This document shows positions 40,249 through 53,169 of a stretch of DNA of 64,000 nt, one piece after another (the first letter of the stretch is position 1; each line of letters starts with the position of its first letter). The stretch covers positions 16,492,001 to 16,556,000 of the forward strand of contig NC_043017.1 in the NCBI RefSeq assembly GCF_006345805.1, in the 5' to 3' direction. The stretch comes from Octopus sinensis. Taxonomy: Eukaryota. Both the position numbers and the translations under genes were made by a program. Under the pieces are notes generated by a model. That model saw nothing but the letters and a program-made list of their open reading frames with translations, made no database searches and was not told the origin of the DNA.

Positions 40249-41736
40249 AGCATAACTACAGATGTCTACCCCTGCCAACTTTGTTGCCTCATAACTTCCA
40301 CAAAAATGGATACTGTTTAATGAAATTTCAACAAAACTCACTTAGAAGCTGTAGATTCAGAGTATTAAGGGATTGTTTCAAAGATTTTCTAAGGATTTGC
40401 ACAGAGGAGTTTTGGAAAATTCACACAATCCAACACTTTCTCCTTCATAACTTTCAGGAAAACGGGAATCGTTTACTCAAAGTTTACACAAATACCTTCC
40501 AAAAGGCACAGATTATGATTATAAACAAATTTGTGGAGAAAATTTTTATCGAGAGGTTGGGGAGAGAAGTTTCGAAAAATATTGCTTTGGATCTGGAAGA
40601 CCACATATCTTGGAATTTATTCGTTTTAATGAGGATTTTTCCAAATATTTTTATCACAACACCCATCGCAATGATGGGGCAGAGGGGAAAGCATCTTTTT
40701 ATGGAAAAAAGTTTACAAACTTTTGTTTGATCAGTCCTCATCATCCCACTCGGGACCGATTTTGGCCAATTTCACTTTTAATAAAAAAATTTTTTGCACT
40801 TAAAAGCCATGGGAGAGGCCTTCTCGGTTAAAAAAATACTTTCAGTGCAAAGTGTATGATTTAAGGGGATTTGGATGTTGTTTCTCTAGCACATCGCAAG
40901 ACAACCCTCATCGTTTCTTCTTTCTCACTCTCGCGTGTATTGATGTTTTTCAGTATTTTTCTCTCCATAAAAACATTTATATATAAGTTTATAGTTTTTT
41001 TTGTCAACCTCGTTCCCTGTCCGCGTTTGTCTCTCTGTTATAATTTAAAATATTGGAGAGCCTGAGAAGGTCATTGCTGGCATTTATCCAGTGATTAAAG
41101 AAACAGGGAAACAGTATGTAAAGGATAATTCATTTAATAGCATACTTTTGTTAGAAAATGTTTTTCTTACACATACACACACGGCCTCGCTTGATTGCGG
41201 TAGGCATAATAATTTAAATATCCATTTTATTTCTATTGTTGCGTATATAGCACCAATGAACCACACGTGTGTTACTTCGACATCATCATTCCATAAAATG
41301 AGTTTAATGGGAGAAAAATACTGAATCAATATCAAAGCGTGTGAGAGTGAAGACGGAGAAATTACAATTGATGTTGTCTTCCTTATCAGAAACACCGGTT
41401 TTTCCAAACTCCTCTCCTCACCCCTTCGGAAATCATTTTCCCCACAAATTTCTTTATAATCATAATCTATGCCGTTTGATAGCTATTTCTATGAACATTC
41501 AGTAAAAGACACCCATTTGCCTGAAAGCGATTTAGAGGGAAAAAGTCGGGTCGCGTGAATTTTCACAAACTCCCTTCCCCTCTCTCTTGGAAAATTCTTT
41601 GCAACAAATCCTTATTTATTCTGAAGTAACAGCATCTAAGCGGGATTTGTTGAAAATTTCGTGAAAAATGAATCCATTTCTCTGTAAGTTATGAGGCAAC
41701 AAAGTAGCCGAGTGGATACACATCTGTAGTTATGCC
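40249..41736. mobile_element. 1.49-kb Merlin-like non-autonomous DNA transposon with long TIRs, in a predicted 5' intron of ZNF gene A
   Basis: (A/G)GCATAACTACAGATGT...TTTGTTGCCTCATAACTT inverted at both ends; TSD TAGGAATC/GAGGAATC (7 of 8 match); further inverted match between 40890-40970 and 41300-41390. Confidence 0.75.
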
Positions 41737-42014
41737 GAGGAATCTGCAACTCTCTCACAGATATTACAGTATTTGTTGTTTGCAAAAAACAAAACACTAG
41801 ACATTCTTTCGAATGCCAAACACGAATTGAAATACAGTGGAATGGAAGAGCTCGGCATTTCCAACGGAAGTTCGGGGAATGTTTTATTAGCAATCTTTGC
41901 ATTAAGATATGAGGGGGGGGGAATAACGATAATTGAAAAGGAGTGTGGAAAGGAAAACAGTGAAAGTATTAAGACAACAATTAATTAATGTCAGTTAAAG
42001 CAAGTTTTTCAACT

Positions 42015-42430
42015 CACTTCGGTTGGCGATGTGACGACAGCCGACCGGATTAGGATTAAGACCGGATTAGGATTAAGACAACATCGTTACTCGAGTAAAT
42101 TCTCTTCTCTTTCTTTCCTTAATCTTTGAACACATCAAAGCAAAGAGACATGCTAGGACAAATGACACGACCTATACAATGTAGATGCTGTCTCTATTCA
42201 TAATACTTACACATTGATTGTCGTAAATCAATTGAAAAGAAGGATTTTTCTTCTTCTTCTTCGATTCAAACTTGATTCTTTCCGCCGTTCTTGATCTCAG
42301 ACTCTTTTATATTCAGGTAAAGACAGCATCCATCCATCCATCCGCAATGTCGTATTTAATACAAAATAGGATTTCCCGAACTCTCATCTGTTATTTACTC
42401 TTGCAGAAAAACAATTAATAGAAAAATGTC
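42015..42430 (-). promoter_or_regulatory. Putative 5' UTR exons/promoter region of ZNF gene A
   Basis: Donors GAA|GTGAGT (~42017) and GT|GTAAGT (~42210); homologous to 52250-52370 and 52800-52920 upstream of the paralog. Confidence 0.45.
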
Positions 42431-43257
42431 AAAGGGATCGTTTATGTTTGGCTTCAATTTTTCAAATTTTAAAATTAAGCGAAAATTTCAACTTCTGCAT
42501 TTTGAACAAGTTTGTCACACTGAATCTCAGGGCCCAATCTACTCCTTCCAAAAATATTGTTTCCCGCCTAACCAGAAGCCCCTTCACTGCAGACCAGCTC
42601 AGTAGTTAGCCCGCGGGAAAGTTCCTGTCTATAGTTTGCCCGTTGTCAGTTTTAACAAAGGGACACTAAAATAACATCTGACTTTTTCAGTGTTTAGGGT
42701 TATTTGGATAGGATAATTAAAAGTATAATGGGAACAGCTTTTGTCCTGGAACGAGGACACCCGCCCCCTAAAACAGTCTGTGTGTAACTGTGGTAGTAGA
42801 ATACTTTATAACGAAATAATTATAATCCCATGAAGATGTGAATGACTGACAACGTTCAGAAGGCTCAACAGAACAATAATAACTGTGCAAGGTACTATAG
42901 AATGTCTGTATTGGCAGTTTTTTTTTTCAGCATGTATATTTGGATCTCAGCCTGGGCTCAAACAACACTGTCATTTTGCAGCTTTACTCAATCTGTGTAT
43001 AGCTGCTTTAACTAGTTCCCACGAACAGGGGTTCCCGGCTACGTCTGATTGTCAGTTGTATCATGTACCCCACCACCCGCTATTGTTCAACCGAGTTCCT
43101 TCGATTTGTTTGTAAAGGACTCCCAGCATTCAATTTCCACTTTCACATTAACGCTGGTCGCTCTCACACAAGAATATTCTTGGTCCACGTGCACCAGCAG
43201 ATTTGACCAACTCAATGCTGTTACTGGATGGATGTTGTGTTTACCTCAATATAAAGA

Positions 43258-46100
43258 GCATCATCATCGTTTAACGTCTGTTTTCCATGCTAGCATGAGT
43301 TGGACAGTCCGACCGGGTCTGGGAAGCCAGGAGGCTGCACTAGGCTCCAGTCTGATCTGGCAGTTTTCTACAGCTGGATGCCCTTCCTAACACCAACCAC
43401 TCTGTGAGTGTAGTGGGTGCTTTTTATGTGTCACTGGCACAGGTGCCAGGGGAGGCTGGCAACGGCAACGATCACTTGGTGCTTTTTATGTGCCACTGGC
43501 ACGGAAGCCAGTCAAGGTGACGCTGGCATCGGCCACGTTCGGATGGTGCTTTTTTACGTGCCACTGGCACAGGGATCACAACTACAATTTCCATTTAATT
43601 TTTATTTTGATGTTGATGTACTTGACTCAATAGGTCTCCTCAAGCACAGTAGGTCGCCCTATGATCCAAGGTAAGCACAGCAGGCCGTCCTGCAATCCAA
43701 AGGTACTTTTGATGTCTGGGGCTGCTATGTGAAGCTGGTGCAGGAAACAGCATGAACTCACGTTTTTTTACCATGAAGCATGGCAGTTCGCACACATGCA
43801 TCGTACAATCTACCGTTCACTCTGAGCGAGAAACCTTTTTCACCAGTAGGGGTAGAAGCTTTCTAACATTGCCCAGGCTATTCGTATTCTAGTGGTGACA
43901 CTCTCTGAGCATCCACCTCCACTACTAACTTGGTCACTTACATAGGGAAGCTATCAACTACTTCTAGTTTCTCCCACTGGAGTGTGATGGAATCTGTTTT
44001 CTGAGTATCTGTGGTGTTTATTGCCCCTGTGCATCTGCTGCACACGAAAGCTATCTTCTCAGTTAATTTTCCTTTGATGGTGCTGCACCTCTTATGTGTC
44101 CATAGCTTACACTGGGTACATCTTATGGAGTTTCTACTACTACACCTTTTCTACAGATTGAGCAGGGCCACCTACCTGATGGGGTGTTTGATGAGTTCGC
44201 CTTCCTACTTACCAAACTTTGGTCTTTGCTATATTGACTCTAAGGCCTTTTGATTCTAAATCTAAAGCCTTCCCACACCCAAAATTTTTTCTAGTTCCGG
44301 TGTGGTTCAGCTATGAGGGCCAGGTCATCAGCTTTATCTACTTGGGAGCTGTCTATTGGGATAGCTGGTCCCTCTACTGGGTCAACATTTGGCAGTCTCT
44401 CCCTTCCCGTCCATTCTCCTCATTCAGTAGTCTTTCATAATGCTGCCCCAAGCCTCTTCTTTTCCAGAAACATTAAAAGCAAGTGCACCATCATCCATGT
44501 GGATGCATTCTCTCCTGTGACTTATGGAGTTTCTACTACACCTTTTTCTACAGATTGAGCAGGGCCACCTACCTGATGGGGTGTGTGATGAGTTCGCCTT
44601 CCTACTTACCAGAACTTTGGTCTTTGCTATATTGACTCTAAGGCCTTTTGATTCTAAATCTAGCTTCCACACCCAAAATTTTTTTCTAGTTCCGGTTGTG
44701 GTTCAGCTATGAGGGCCAGGTCATCAGCTTTATCTACTTGGGAGCTGTCTATTGGGATAGCTGGTCCCTCTACTGGGTCAACATTTGGCAGTCTCTCCTC
44801 TTCCCGTCCATTCTCCTCATTCAGTAGTCTTTCATAATGGCTTCCCCAAGCCTCTTTCTTTTCAGAAACATTAAAAGCAAGTGCACCATCATCCATGTGG
44901 ATGCATTTCTCTCCTGTGACATCATAATTTTCTCTCACACACTGTCTAACAATCCGAAATACCTCAGTTCTTAGGTTCTCACAACGCTGGACATTGGCAA
45001 ACTTCTTTACCGCTTTGCCCTTGGCTATGTATACCTGCTGCCCAGCCTCCCTTTTGGCAACCTGGTAGAGTTCCCAGCTACCCCCCACTTTCCAGGCCTG
45101 TTTCTTTGCTCTAATGGCTTTGTCTACGTACTATTCCCCACCAGTCTAGTAACTCTAGGTCTATGGAAGGGACTTTGCACCCCCCACCACGTAACTCTAG
45201 GTCTGGAAGGACTTTGCACCATCTGCAGACTTGGTCTGTAGCACTCAGCAAGCTATCCCATAGGAATTTCCAGCTACCTTCTATGTCCAATGTCTGTAGC
45301 TCCTCCTCCCTCTCATCAAATCTCTTGATGAGGATGTCCCTAAATCTCTGACCATGTGAAGGGTTCTTTAGCTTCCAAATCCTTCTTTTCTGGATTGGTC
45401 TGCTTTTTGGTATCCTTCTGGCTTCGAGCCTAAAGTCACTAATGACTAGCCTATGCTGGCAAGTACATTCTTCACCCAGGAGGGTCTTTGTATTTAAGAG
45501 CAACCCTGCGTCCCGCTGTCTGGTGAGGATGAAATCAATCTGGCGAGCAGAGTTCCCTGACTGATAGGTTATAAGGTGGCTGTCTGGCTTCCTGAAATTA
45601 ATGTTGCAGATTAAAAAGTTACATGCATCACAGAATTCCAGTAGCCTAGTTCCCTCATCGTTTCTGGTGCCAATATCATGGCCACCGTGTACCCCAGTGA
45701 AGATACCAGATTACTGCCAAATATGCCCATTAAAGTCTCCAGCCACAAAGATGAGGTCATTGCCACTTGTCTTTGAGGAAGCCTGTAGAAGGGTATCATA
45801 AAAGTGGTCCTTCTGATCATTTGGTAGCCCCGCATGTGGGGCGTAGGTGGAGATAATTGTAGCTGTGATGTTTTGCAGGACTAACCTGAGCTTAAGCACT
45901 CTATCACATACCCTGACAACCTCTATGACTTTATGCACCCATTTCTTCACAAGGAGTATGCCAACACCCCCTACACCATCCATGTTACCTTGCTAGAAGA
46001 CTTTATACCTATCTGCCTTGCCTGTATGGACCCTAGCTGAAGCACCTATCCATCTTACTTCTTGTATGCAGCATAAATCAACCTGTCTCCTTTCAAGCAT
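43258..46100 (-). mobile_element. RTE-clade LINE relic (APE endonuclease present, RT mostly deleted, ~400-bp internal tandem duplication)
   Basis: LCCIQEVRW, GVGILL, STYAP, VAGDFNGH; ADDLALIAE fused directly to pre-RT sequence; 44122-44520 repeated at 44521-44919; (TGA)n tail at 43258. Confidence 0.85.
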
Positions 46101-46429
46101 CTAATTCTTTGTAAATATTTTTAATTACCTGAAATTTAAATAAATGTGGTTTTGCTCTTCAATTATTCTCCTGTTATTCTAAATGTAGAACATTTAACCA
46201 AAACTTGTCCTGGCACAACCATAATCTACAGAATTCACAGACTTGATCAATGTCTGATAAAAGTTACACATTTTCCAAACTGATCTTCAAAGCTGTTTAC
46301 TTTGTATTTATATAATTTGTTGACATTATTTGATAGTAAATATTAGATATTATAGGTTATGATGAAGTGAATGAGAGATGAACGATAAGATAACTTTATA
46401 CATTAAATGCTAACGATGGTGGTTATGTA

Positions 46430-47656
46430 GTAAAGATGTGATGTAACCAATAGGTTGATGGTAGCCAGGTGAGAGGTAGTCTAAAGAAAATCGATTTCCC
46501 AAGCATTGATACTGTTTCAATCTGATAGCATATTGTAGTACAAAGATTCCCATGCGTGACACATTGTTATTTATGATGTCTAGAAGAAACAACAGAGCAA
46601 CATACAAGTGGCAAATTAGACATTTTTATGGAAACGGTTATCAAGAAATACTTCGTTTATCCCCTCCAGTCTGTGACCACCACTACAGCAGAACCAGACC
46701 CACCAGAGACTTACTATGCGACTGTAGCAATATTGATATCCTCACTGTTTGAGAAAAACATTAAGAATGATTTATTTTGAGATTACAACAATCTTTGGCT
46801 TGTTTAACCCTGTTGTGTCCACTGATCTGATTGGTTAGCATCTAGCGCGATCTGTCTCTCTACTTATTTCGCGCCAGTGTGTAAACTGACCAATCACAGC
46901 CTTCGAATAGGATCTTTCAAATGAGCCATCTTTACTCCTTAAATAACCTAGTATTTTCACTAAACATCGTCTTTTAGCTTTAGACCTTCTAAGGTCTAGT
47001 CGGAGACCACAGAGCTACTCAGCCATGTTCCAGTTCAAACGACAGACGACAGCCAGCCAACCATACTATGAAACCGCTATTGTACACCAGCGACAGGCAG
47101 AACGTCATCTACATCTCCGAAGATTTCAACTTGTATACAACTACACAGATTCATCTCACGCTGTTTGTGTGAAACTTCACGGGAAAACAGTTGCAGTATA
47201 TATCTGAAAGAACAATCTATATCAAGAGAAACCTGCACAACAAGTGACTCAACTAGTCTCCCCTCCGAGACCCAAATCTTGTTATAGAACTTATTATCAT
47301 GTACCACATGAACTGGTAAACTAACTCTATCTTAACTCAATATGCTGAGACTTCTCTTATGCTCTGTATTTCTGTTGTATTCGCATGCACCTTTATCTGT
47401 ACCTTCTGTCGCACACACAGACACAAATACTATACGCATGCATTCATACCACAACACTACGCTAGTAACCACAACTCACTTTGTACACTGTGAATAAAGT
47501 CTATCTTCTCTCTCAAACAGTAGAACAGGCTTGTCATCCTTCATTTATTTCTTTTGGCACTGTATAATATATCCATGTATTATGGCTTCTCTTATTATTA
47601 TGTTAGGATGCGATCGTGCGGCGTACAAGAGGAGACCTTGTCACCAACCTCCTTAC
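46430..47656 (+). mobile_element. Possible solo LTR (left boundary uncertain)
   Basis: CCAAT boxes, TATA-like TTAAATA (~46939), AATAAA (~47493) and a ...CCTTACA end; no TSD found. Confidence 0.3.
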
Positions 47657-49180
47657 ATACGGTCGTATATATATATAATGACCGACACGACCAACCTTAT
47701 GTCAGACATGAGAACATCCAGACTAAGACATTGTGTTTTGTAATGGCAAATGAATTAACATGTCTGTGTGTCTTTATAAATATTTGGTGAATCAACAATA
47801 CATTGTCAAGTATGCTAATGTTTATGGTTTGCTAATGAAGTCATAAAACTGAAACATGCCTACAGTTGTCTCCCATACTTGTTAAAATAATTAATATATC
47901 ATATTAATGAGTGATTGGTATTTGTTGTTGTATCTTCTCACCTCATAATTATTTGCTGCCAAATTTCCTGTATTCATATTCATTGGCATTGCCAGGTGTC
48001 TTAAGACTTAAAAATAAAATACAGTATTTAAATTTTCTTCATATGTGAATTATTTTGGAAATTGCAGTAAATTATTCTTAAAGTCCCAAATGGGGATCAC
48101 TGAAAAAAAGCATATTTCTCCTTTTGCTTTCAATTGCAATAATAAAGGTTTTAGTTTTTTTGAAACTATAGTATCCAAATGCGAATTTGTATGAAATACC
48201 AATGAATGACATAGATGGGGAATGCGAAAAAGAAAAAAAAAAGGAAGAAATGTTTATCAAAACAGTCGATATTTTTGTAGTTCAAAATTTGTGATTTATG
48301 GCATAACATGTCCTCGAATTAGCCAGAGCAAATAATGACAAACTTTCACGACTAAATATTGTTAAACGCACCTCTGCAAATGCAATGGACATAAGCAATT
48401 CACTGTAAATACAATGAACAACTGGCAGTGAGACTATTTTTAGCAGATCCGCAAATGGGGCATATGATAGGCAATAACTTAAATAGTCTAATACTGATTT
48501 AACTGTCTTATATTTATATCATATATTTATATATTCTCCCGAAACCTGTCCAGTCAAGATTAATCTTTTATAATGTAAAACACAAGCAGCCATTCAGGAT
48601 GAATTCTTTACAGAGAATGAAATTCAAGGACAAATACTGTATAATGTTGTTAAGTGTGTGAGATACCTGTCAGTATGTTTCAGTCTCATTACAACCTCAT
48701 CAGCAAAGCATAGACATTGCTGCACATCTCAAAGTAAAGATGGGAAAGTAGGGAAATGTACAAAACTTGTACATTGATTATTGTAGAAAATAAATTACTA
48801 AGACACACCATCTGCATGAATAGCAAGACAGTTAAGTCAGTATTAGAAATGAATGGTAGATTTGGAATGTCTGTAGTTTAAAACCATGGATGTAAAAAAA
48901 AAAATAGAAAAAGTAAGGAAAGTTTTGGAATTAGGGAAGAGGGGGAATTTAAAAAAAAATTTGTTTTGCATAATTGTTATTGATTCCATTATGCTGAAGA
49001 CAGAAAAAAAAAGAATTGGTAAAAATTCATAAAAATGAAAAAAAGTTATGAAGTGTTTTAGCGTGTACTTACATCATAACTCCACCCTTTTATCTTTGAA
49101 TACATCAAAACAGACAGACATAGAAGAAAAATGATACAACATACACAGTATAGATGTTGTTTTCTATTAATGATACTTCT

Positions 49181-49428
49181 AAAGCAGAAAATGTATATCA
49201 TAGAACCTGGGAGAGTTTTGGGCAGATTGGCATGAAAAGGGTTAAGGGGTTAAGAAAAAAAAAAGAATGGCAACTTTTAGCAGGAATTTAGCTCAGTTGG
49301 AGTTGGGTTGTTTTTGTGGTTTTACGTGAGGCCACATGTTTATGAGATGCAGACTTATATATTGATGTATATGCTCATACACGTGTGTGTGCATTCATGC
49401 ATGCATAAGTGTGAACGCATGAACATAT
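49181..49428. repeat. Inverted copy of 51752-51990
   Basis: For example GTGTGTGTGCATTCATGCATGCATAAGTGTGAAC versus GTTCACACTTATGCATGCATGAATGCACACACAC. Confidence 0.9.
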
Positions 49429-49543
49429 AGACACAAATTTATGAACAAACTAAAACACGTAAACATTATTTTGATGATCAAAAATCAAGTATTCCATATA
49501 TTCAAATTTATTCACTACGAGCCAAATTTCATCACTAATGAAG

Positions 49544-51283
49544 CTATTGTTCTGCATAAATACATACATGGCTAGTTAAGTGAGTATCTTGGGAAAATGG
49601 TTTATCACAAATGCCACATGGAAATGGTTTCTCTCCTGAATGAAGACGTTTGTGAGAAGTTAAGTCACTATTTTGGGCAAATAATTTACCACAGATATCA
49701 CAGTGATATGGTTTATCTCCTGTATGAATGTGTTTGTGTGATGTTAAGTGATGACTTCTTGAGAATGATTTACCACAAATTTCACAGTGATATGGTTTCT
49801 CCCCTGTATGCATACGTTTATGAGTAGTGAAGTAACTACCTCCTGAGAAGGTTTTCCCACAGACTTCACAGTGATATGGTTTTTCTCCTGTATGAAAACG
49901 TTTGTGAGTAATGAGGTTACCTTTTTGAGAGAATGATTTACCACAAATATCACAGGGAAATGGTTTTTCTCCTGAATGAATACGTTTGTGAGTAGTTAAG
50001 TCTCCATTTTGAAGGAATGACTTGTTACAGATGTCACAGTGATATGGTTTATCTCCTGTGTGACTACGTTTGTGAGTAGTTAAGTGACTATTTTGAGAGA
50101 ATGATTTACCACAGATATCACAGTGATATGGTTTATCTCCTGTATGAATGTGTTTGTGTGATGTTAAGTGATGACTTCTTGAGAATGATTTACCACAGAT
50201 ACCACACTGATATGGTTTCTCCCCTGTATGAATACGTTTATGATTAGTTAAGTGACCTGGTGCTGAGAATGATTTACCACACATATCACAATTGTACACA
50301 TCCTCTCCTGTATGAATATTATTGTGTATAGTCAAATGAATTTTTTGAGAGAATGATTTACCACAGATATCACAGTGATATGGCTTCTCACCTGTATGAA
50401 TATGTTTGTGAGTAGATAAGTTACTACTGAAAGAGAATGATTTACCACAAATATCACAATGGTATGGCTTCTCTCCTGTATGAATACGTCTGTGTTTAAT
50501 TAAATCACTACTTCCAGAAAATGATTTACTGCAGATATCGCAGTGATATGGCTTCTCTCCTGTATGGATACGTTTGTGTGTATTAAAGTAACTTCTCCCA
50601 GAGAAGGATTTACCACAGATATTGCAGTGATATAGCTTCTCCCCTGTATGCATACGTTTATGATTAGTGAAGTAAGTGCCTCTTGAGAAGGTTTTCCCAC
50701 AGACTTCACAGTGATATGGTTTCTCTCCTGTATGAAAACGTTTGTGAGTAATGAGGTTACCTTTTTGAGAGAATGGTTTACCACAAATGTCACAGGGAAA
50801 TGGTTTTTCTCCTGAATGAATACGTTTGTGAGTAGTTAAGTCACCATTTTGAAGGAATGACTTGTTACAGATGTCACAGTGATATGGTTTATCTCCTGTA
50901 TGACTACGTTTGTGAGTAGTTAAGTGACTGTTCTGAGAGAATGATTTACCACAGATATCACAATGATATGGTTTATCTCCTGTATGAATGTGTTTGTGTG
51001 TTGTTAAGTGATGACTTCTTGAGAATGATTTACCACAGATATCACAGTGATATGGTTTATCTCCTGTATGAATGTGTTTGTGTGTAGTTAAATGATGATT
51101 TCTTGAGAATGATTTACCACAGATATCACAATGATATGGTTTCTCTCCTGCATCACAACTGTACACACCCTCTCCTGTACATAACGTTTTATCTTTCTGT
51201 CTCTTTACACCAGCAGGGAAGCCCATACTTGTAGACTGTGTCTTACATGTAACTTTGTTCTTACATAGTTTGTCTTCCATCAT
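49544..51283 (-). CDS. C2H2 zinc-finger gene B, 579 aa, 18 intact fingers plus 1 degenerate finger
   Basis: Open single-exon ORF with a 49-aa leader; upstream acceptor TTTCAG at ~51452 and donor AAG|GTAAAA at ~51552. Confidence 0.92.
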   Translation of the reverse strand: MMEDKLCKNKVTCKTQSTSMGFPAGVKRQKDKTLCTGEGVYSCDAGEKPYHCDICGKSFSRNHHLTTHKHIHTGDKPYHCDICGKSFSRSHHLTTHKHIHTGDKPYHCDICGKSFSQNSHLTTHKRSHTGDKPYHCDICNKSFLQNGDLTTHKRIHSGEKPFPCDICGKPFSQKGNLITHKRFHTGEKPYHCEVCGKTFSRGTYFTNHKRMHTGEKLYHCNICGKSFSGRSYFNTHKRIHTGEKPYHCDICSKSFSGSSDLIKHRRIHTGEKPYHCDICGKSFSFSSNLSTHKHIHTGEKPYHCDICGKSFSQKIHLTIHNNIHTGEDVYNCDMCGKSFSAPGHLTNHKRIHTGEKPYQCGICGKSFSRSHHLTSHKHIHTGDKPYHCDICGKSFSQNSHLTTHKRSHTGDKPYHCDICNKSFLQNGDLTTHKRIHSGEKPFPCDICGKSFSQKGNLITHKRFHTGEKPYHCEVCGKTFSGGSYFTTHKRMHTGEKPYHCEICGKSFSRSHHLTSHKHIHTGDKPYHCDICGKLFAQNSDLTSHKRLHSGEKPFPCGICDKPFSQDTHLTSHVCIYAEQ

Positions 51284-51934
51284 TTTTCATCTCTCACCAC
51301 AACAGACAGAGATGTTTTCCTTCTTTTAATTCTTATATTTTTATTCCCAACAAATATTCTCTTTTGCTATACTTTCAACGAATGTAATTTTTGTTGATAT
51401 TTGAAGATCCCATCTACTCAGATTCTTTCATGCCAATGTCATCTGATATTTCTGAAATAAGAAAGAAAGAATATAGAATATAGAGGAGACAAATAAAAAG
51501 TAGAGATTCAACAGTGAACCTTTTACTACACTGTGAAGATATAAACTTTTACCTTGGCAATGGAACACATCCCTTCTCCGTACATTAGAGCCAGTGCCAG
51601 TTCCAACCTTCCCTATGCCAGTTTTAGCCTGTCCACAAGAGCTAGTAGCCTAATGCAACAAGGAAAATGCCTCAACAGACACGGAGTGAAACTTTCACAG
51701 CAATTTCTTGTTTCAAACAAATGTGCAATTTGCATACAAAGGTACAAAAAGTATACGTTCATGTGTTCACACTTATGCATGCATGAATGCACACACACGT
51801 GTATGAGCATATACATCAATATATAAGTCTGCGTCTCATAAACATGTGGCCTCACATAAAACCTCAAAAACAACCCAACTCCAACTGACCTAAATTCCTG
51901 CTAAAGTTCTCATTCTTTTCTTTTTCTTAATCCC

Positions 51935-52154
51935 TTAACCCTTTTCACACAAAACTGCCCCTGGTTCTATGATATAAATTTACTGCTTTAAAGTGATCGA
52001 AATTGAAACTTTCCACCGAAATTTCATCTCAGTTTATGCTCCAAACCCCAGACGAATATCGTCAAAATTGCTTTCCTAAGTCTTTGCATATTTCCAAAAT
52101 TAACTGAAATAAAAGCAGGGTATTTCAAAAGAAATACACTAACGAAGGGCTTAA
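51935..52154. mobile_element. piggyBac-like MITE (duplicated at ~58951-59170)
   Basis: TTAA-CCCTTT...GAAGGG-CTTAA termini. Confidence 0.5.
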
Positions 52155-53169
52155 TTGAGCTCTGCATATCTCTCTATGACTCCAAAGGTTATACAAGAGG
52201 TTATAGGAGAGCCGACTCGTCTGGGAGTTAAAAGATCGTTGCTTTAGGAAAATTACTTCTCTTCTTCATTTTCTTTCCTTTATCTTTGAACACATCAAAA
52301 GAAGCAGATGTAGTAGAAAGAGGACACGACCTATACAATGTAAATGTTGTTTCTATTAATGATACTTACATATTTAATAGAGATCCAATGACGAAGATGT
52401 CACAATAGATTCAAGGAATCACAAATCAGAATGGACATTTTCAGCTTCAACATCACTTGTATATTTTACAAGAAACCCTCACTTAGATTTTCACATCAAC
52501 ATGAAAAAGGATGACGATGGCTAATTAACAATCACGTATGAATTAACGTGTTTAATTAATTAATTTGGTTAATTGGCAGAAGCATTAAGCAGCGAAAAAT
52601 GGTCAGAGTTCAAATCCAGACAAAGTCGACTTTGCTTTCACTCCTTCCGAAATCCATAGAATAAAGTAGCAGTGTGTCACAAAGCAGTTCAAGGAAGGCT
52701 TCCATTCAAGCTTTATTTCTGCTCGCCATCAAATCCGTTAATCACTGATTAATCCGTTAATCCGTTAATCACTGACGTCCAACGATTAAAACGAGTCCTT
52801 TTACATCAAGTAAAGACAGCATCCATCTAGGAACGTCATTCGACTCTAAGCCGCATTTTCGTACTCACTACAAAAGAAGATTTCTATATTTTTTAGTTAT
52901 TATTTACTGTCGTAGAAATGAATATATGACAGGATATTATAATTCATAACAGTCATCTCTGCAGAGTGACAAGTGAGTCACGGTGCATTCAAAAAGTATA
53001 GTCCTTTAGATAAAAAGGCGTCTTAAATAATTCGTCCTGATCTTAGTTTTCTCGTCTCTTTTTGTCCTTGAATAATAGCCGTTTTGTAACACGTATTATC
53101 CTCGTTCATGTAGTCTTTGCAAGCGTTGTTACCTGTATTATTATTATAGTCTTTCAGTTACTCTTCGCC

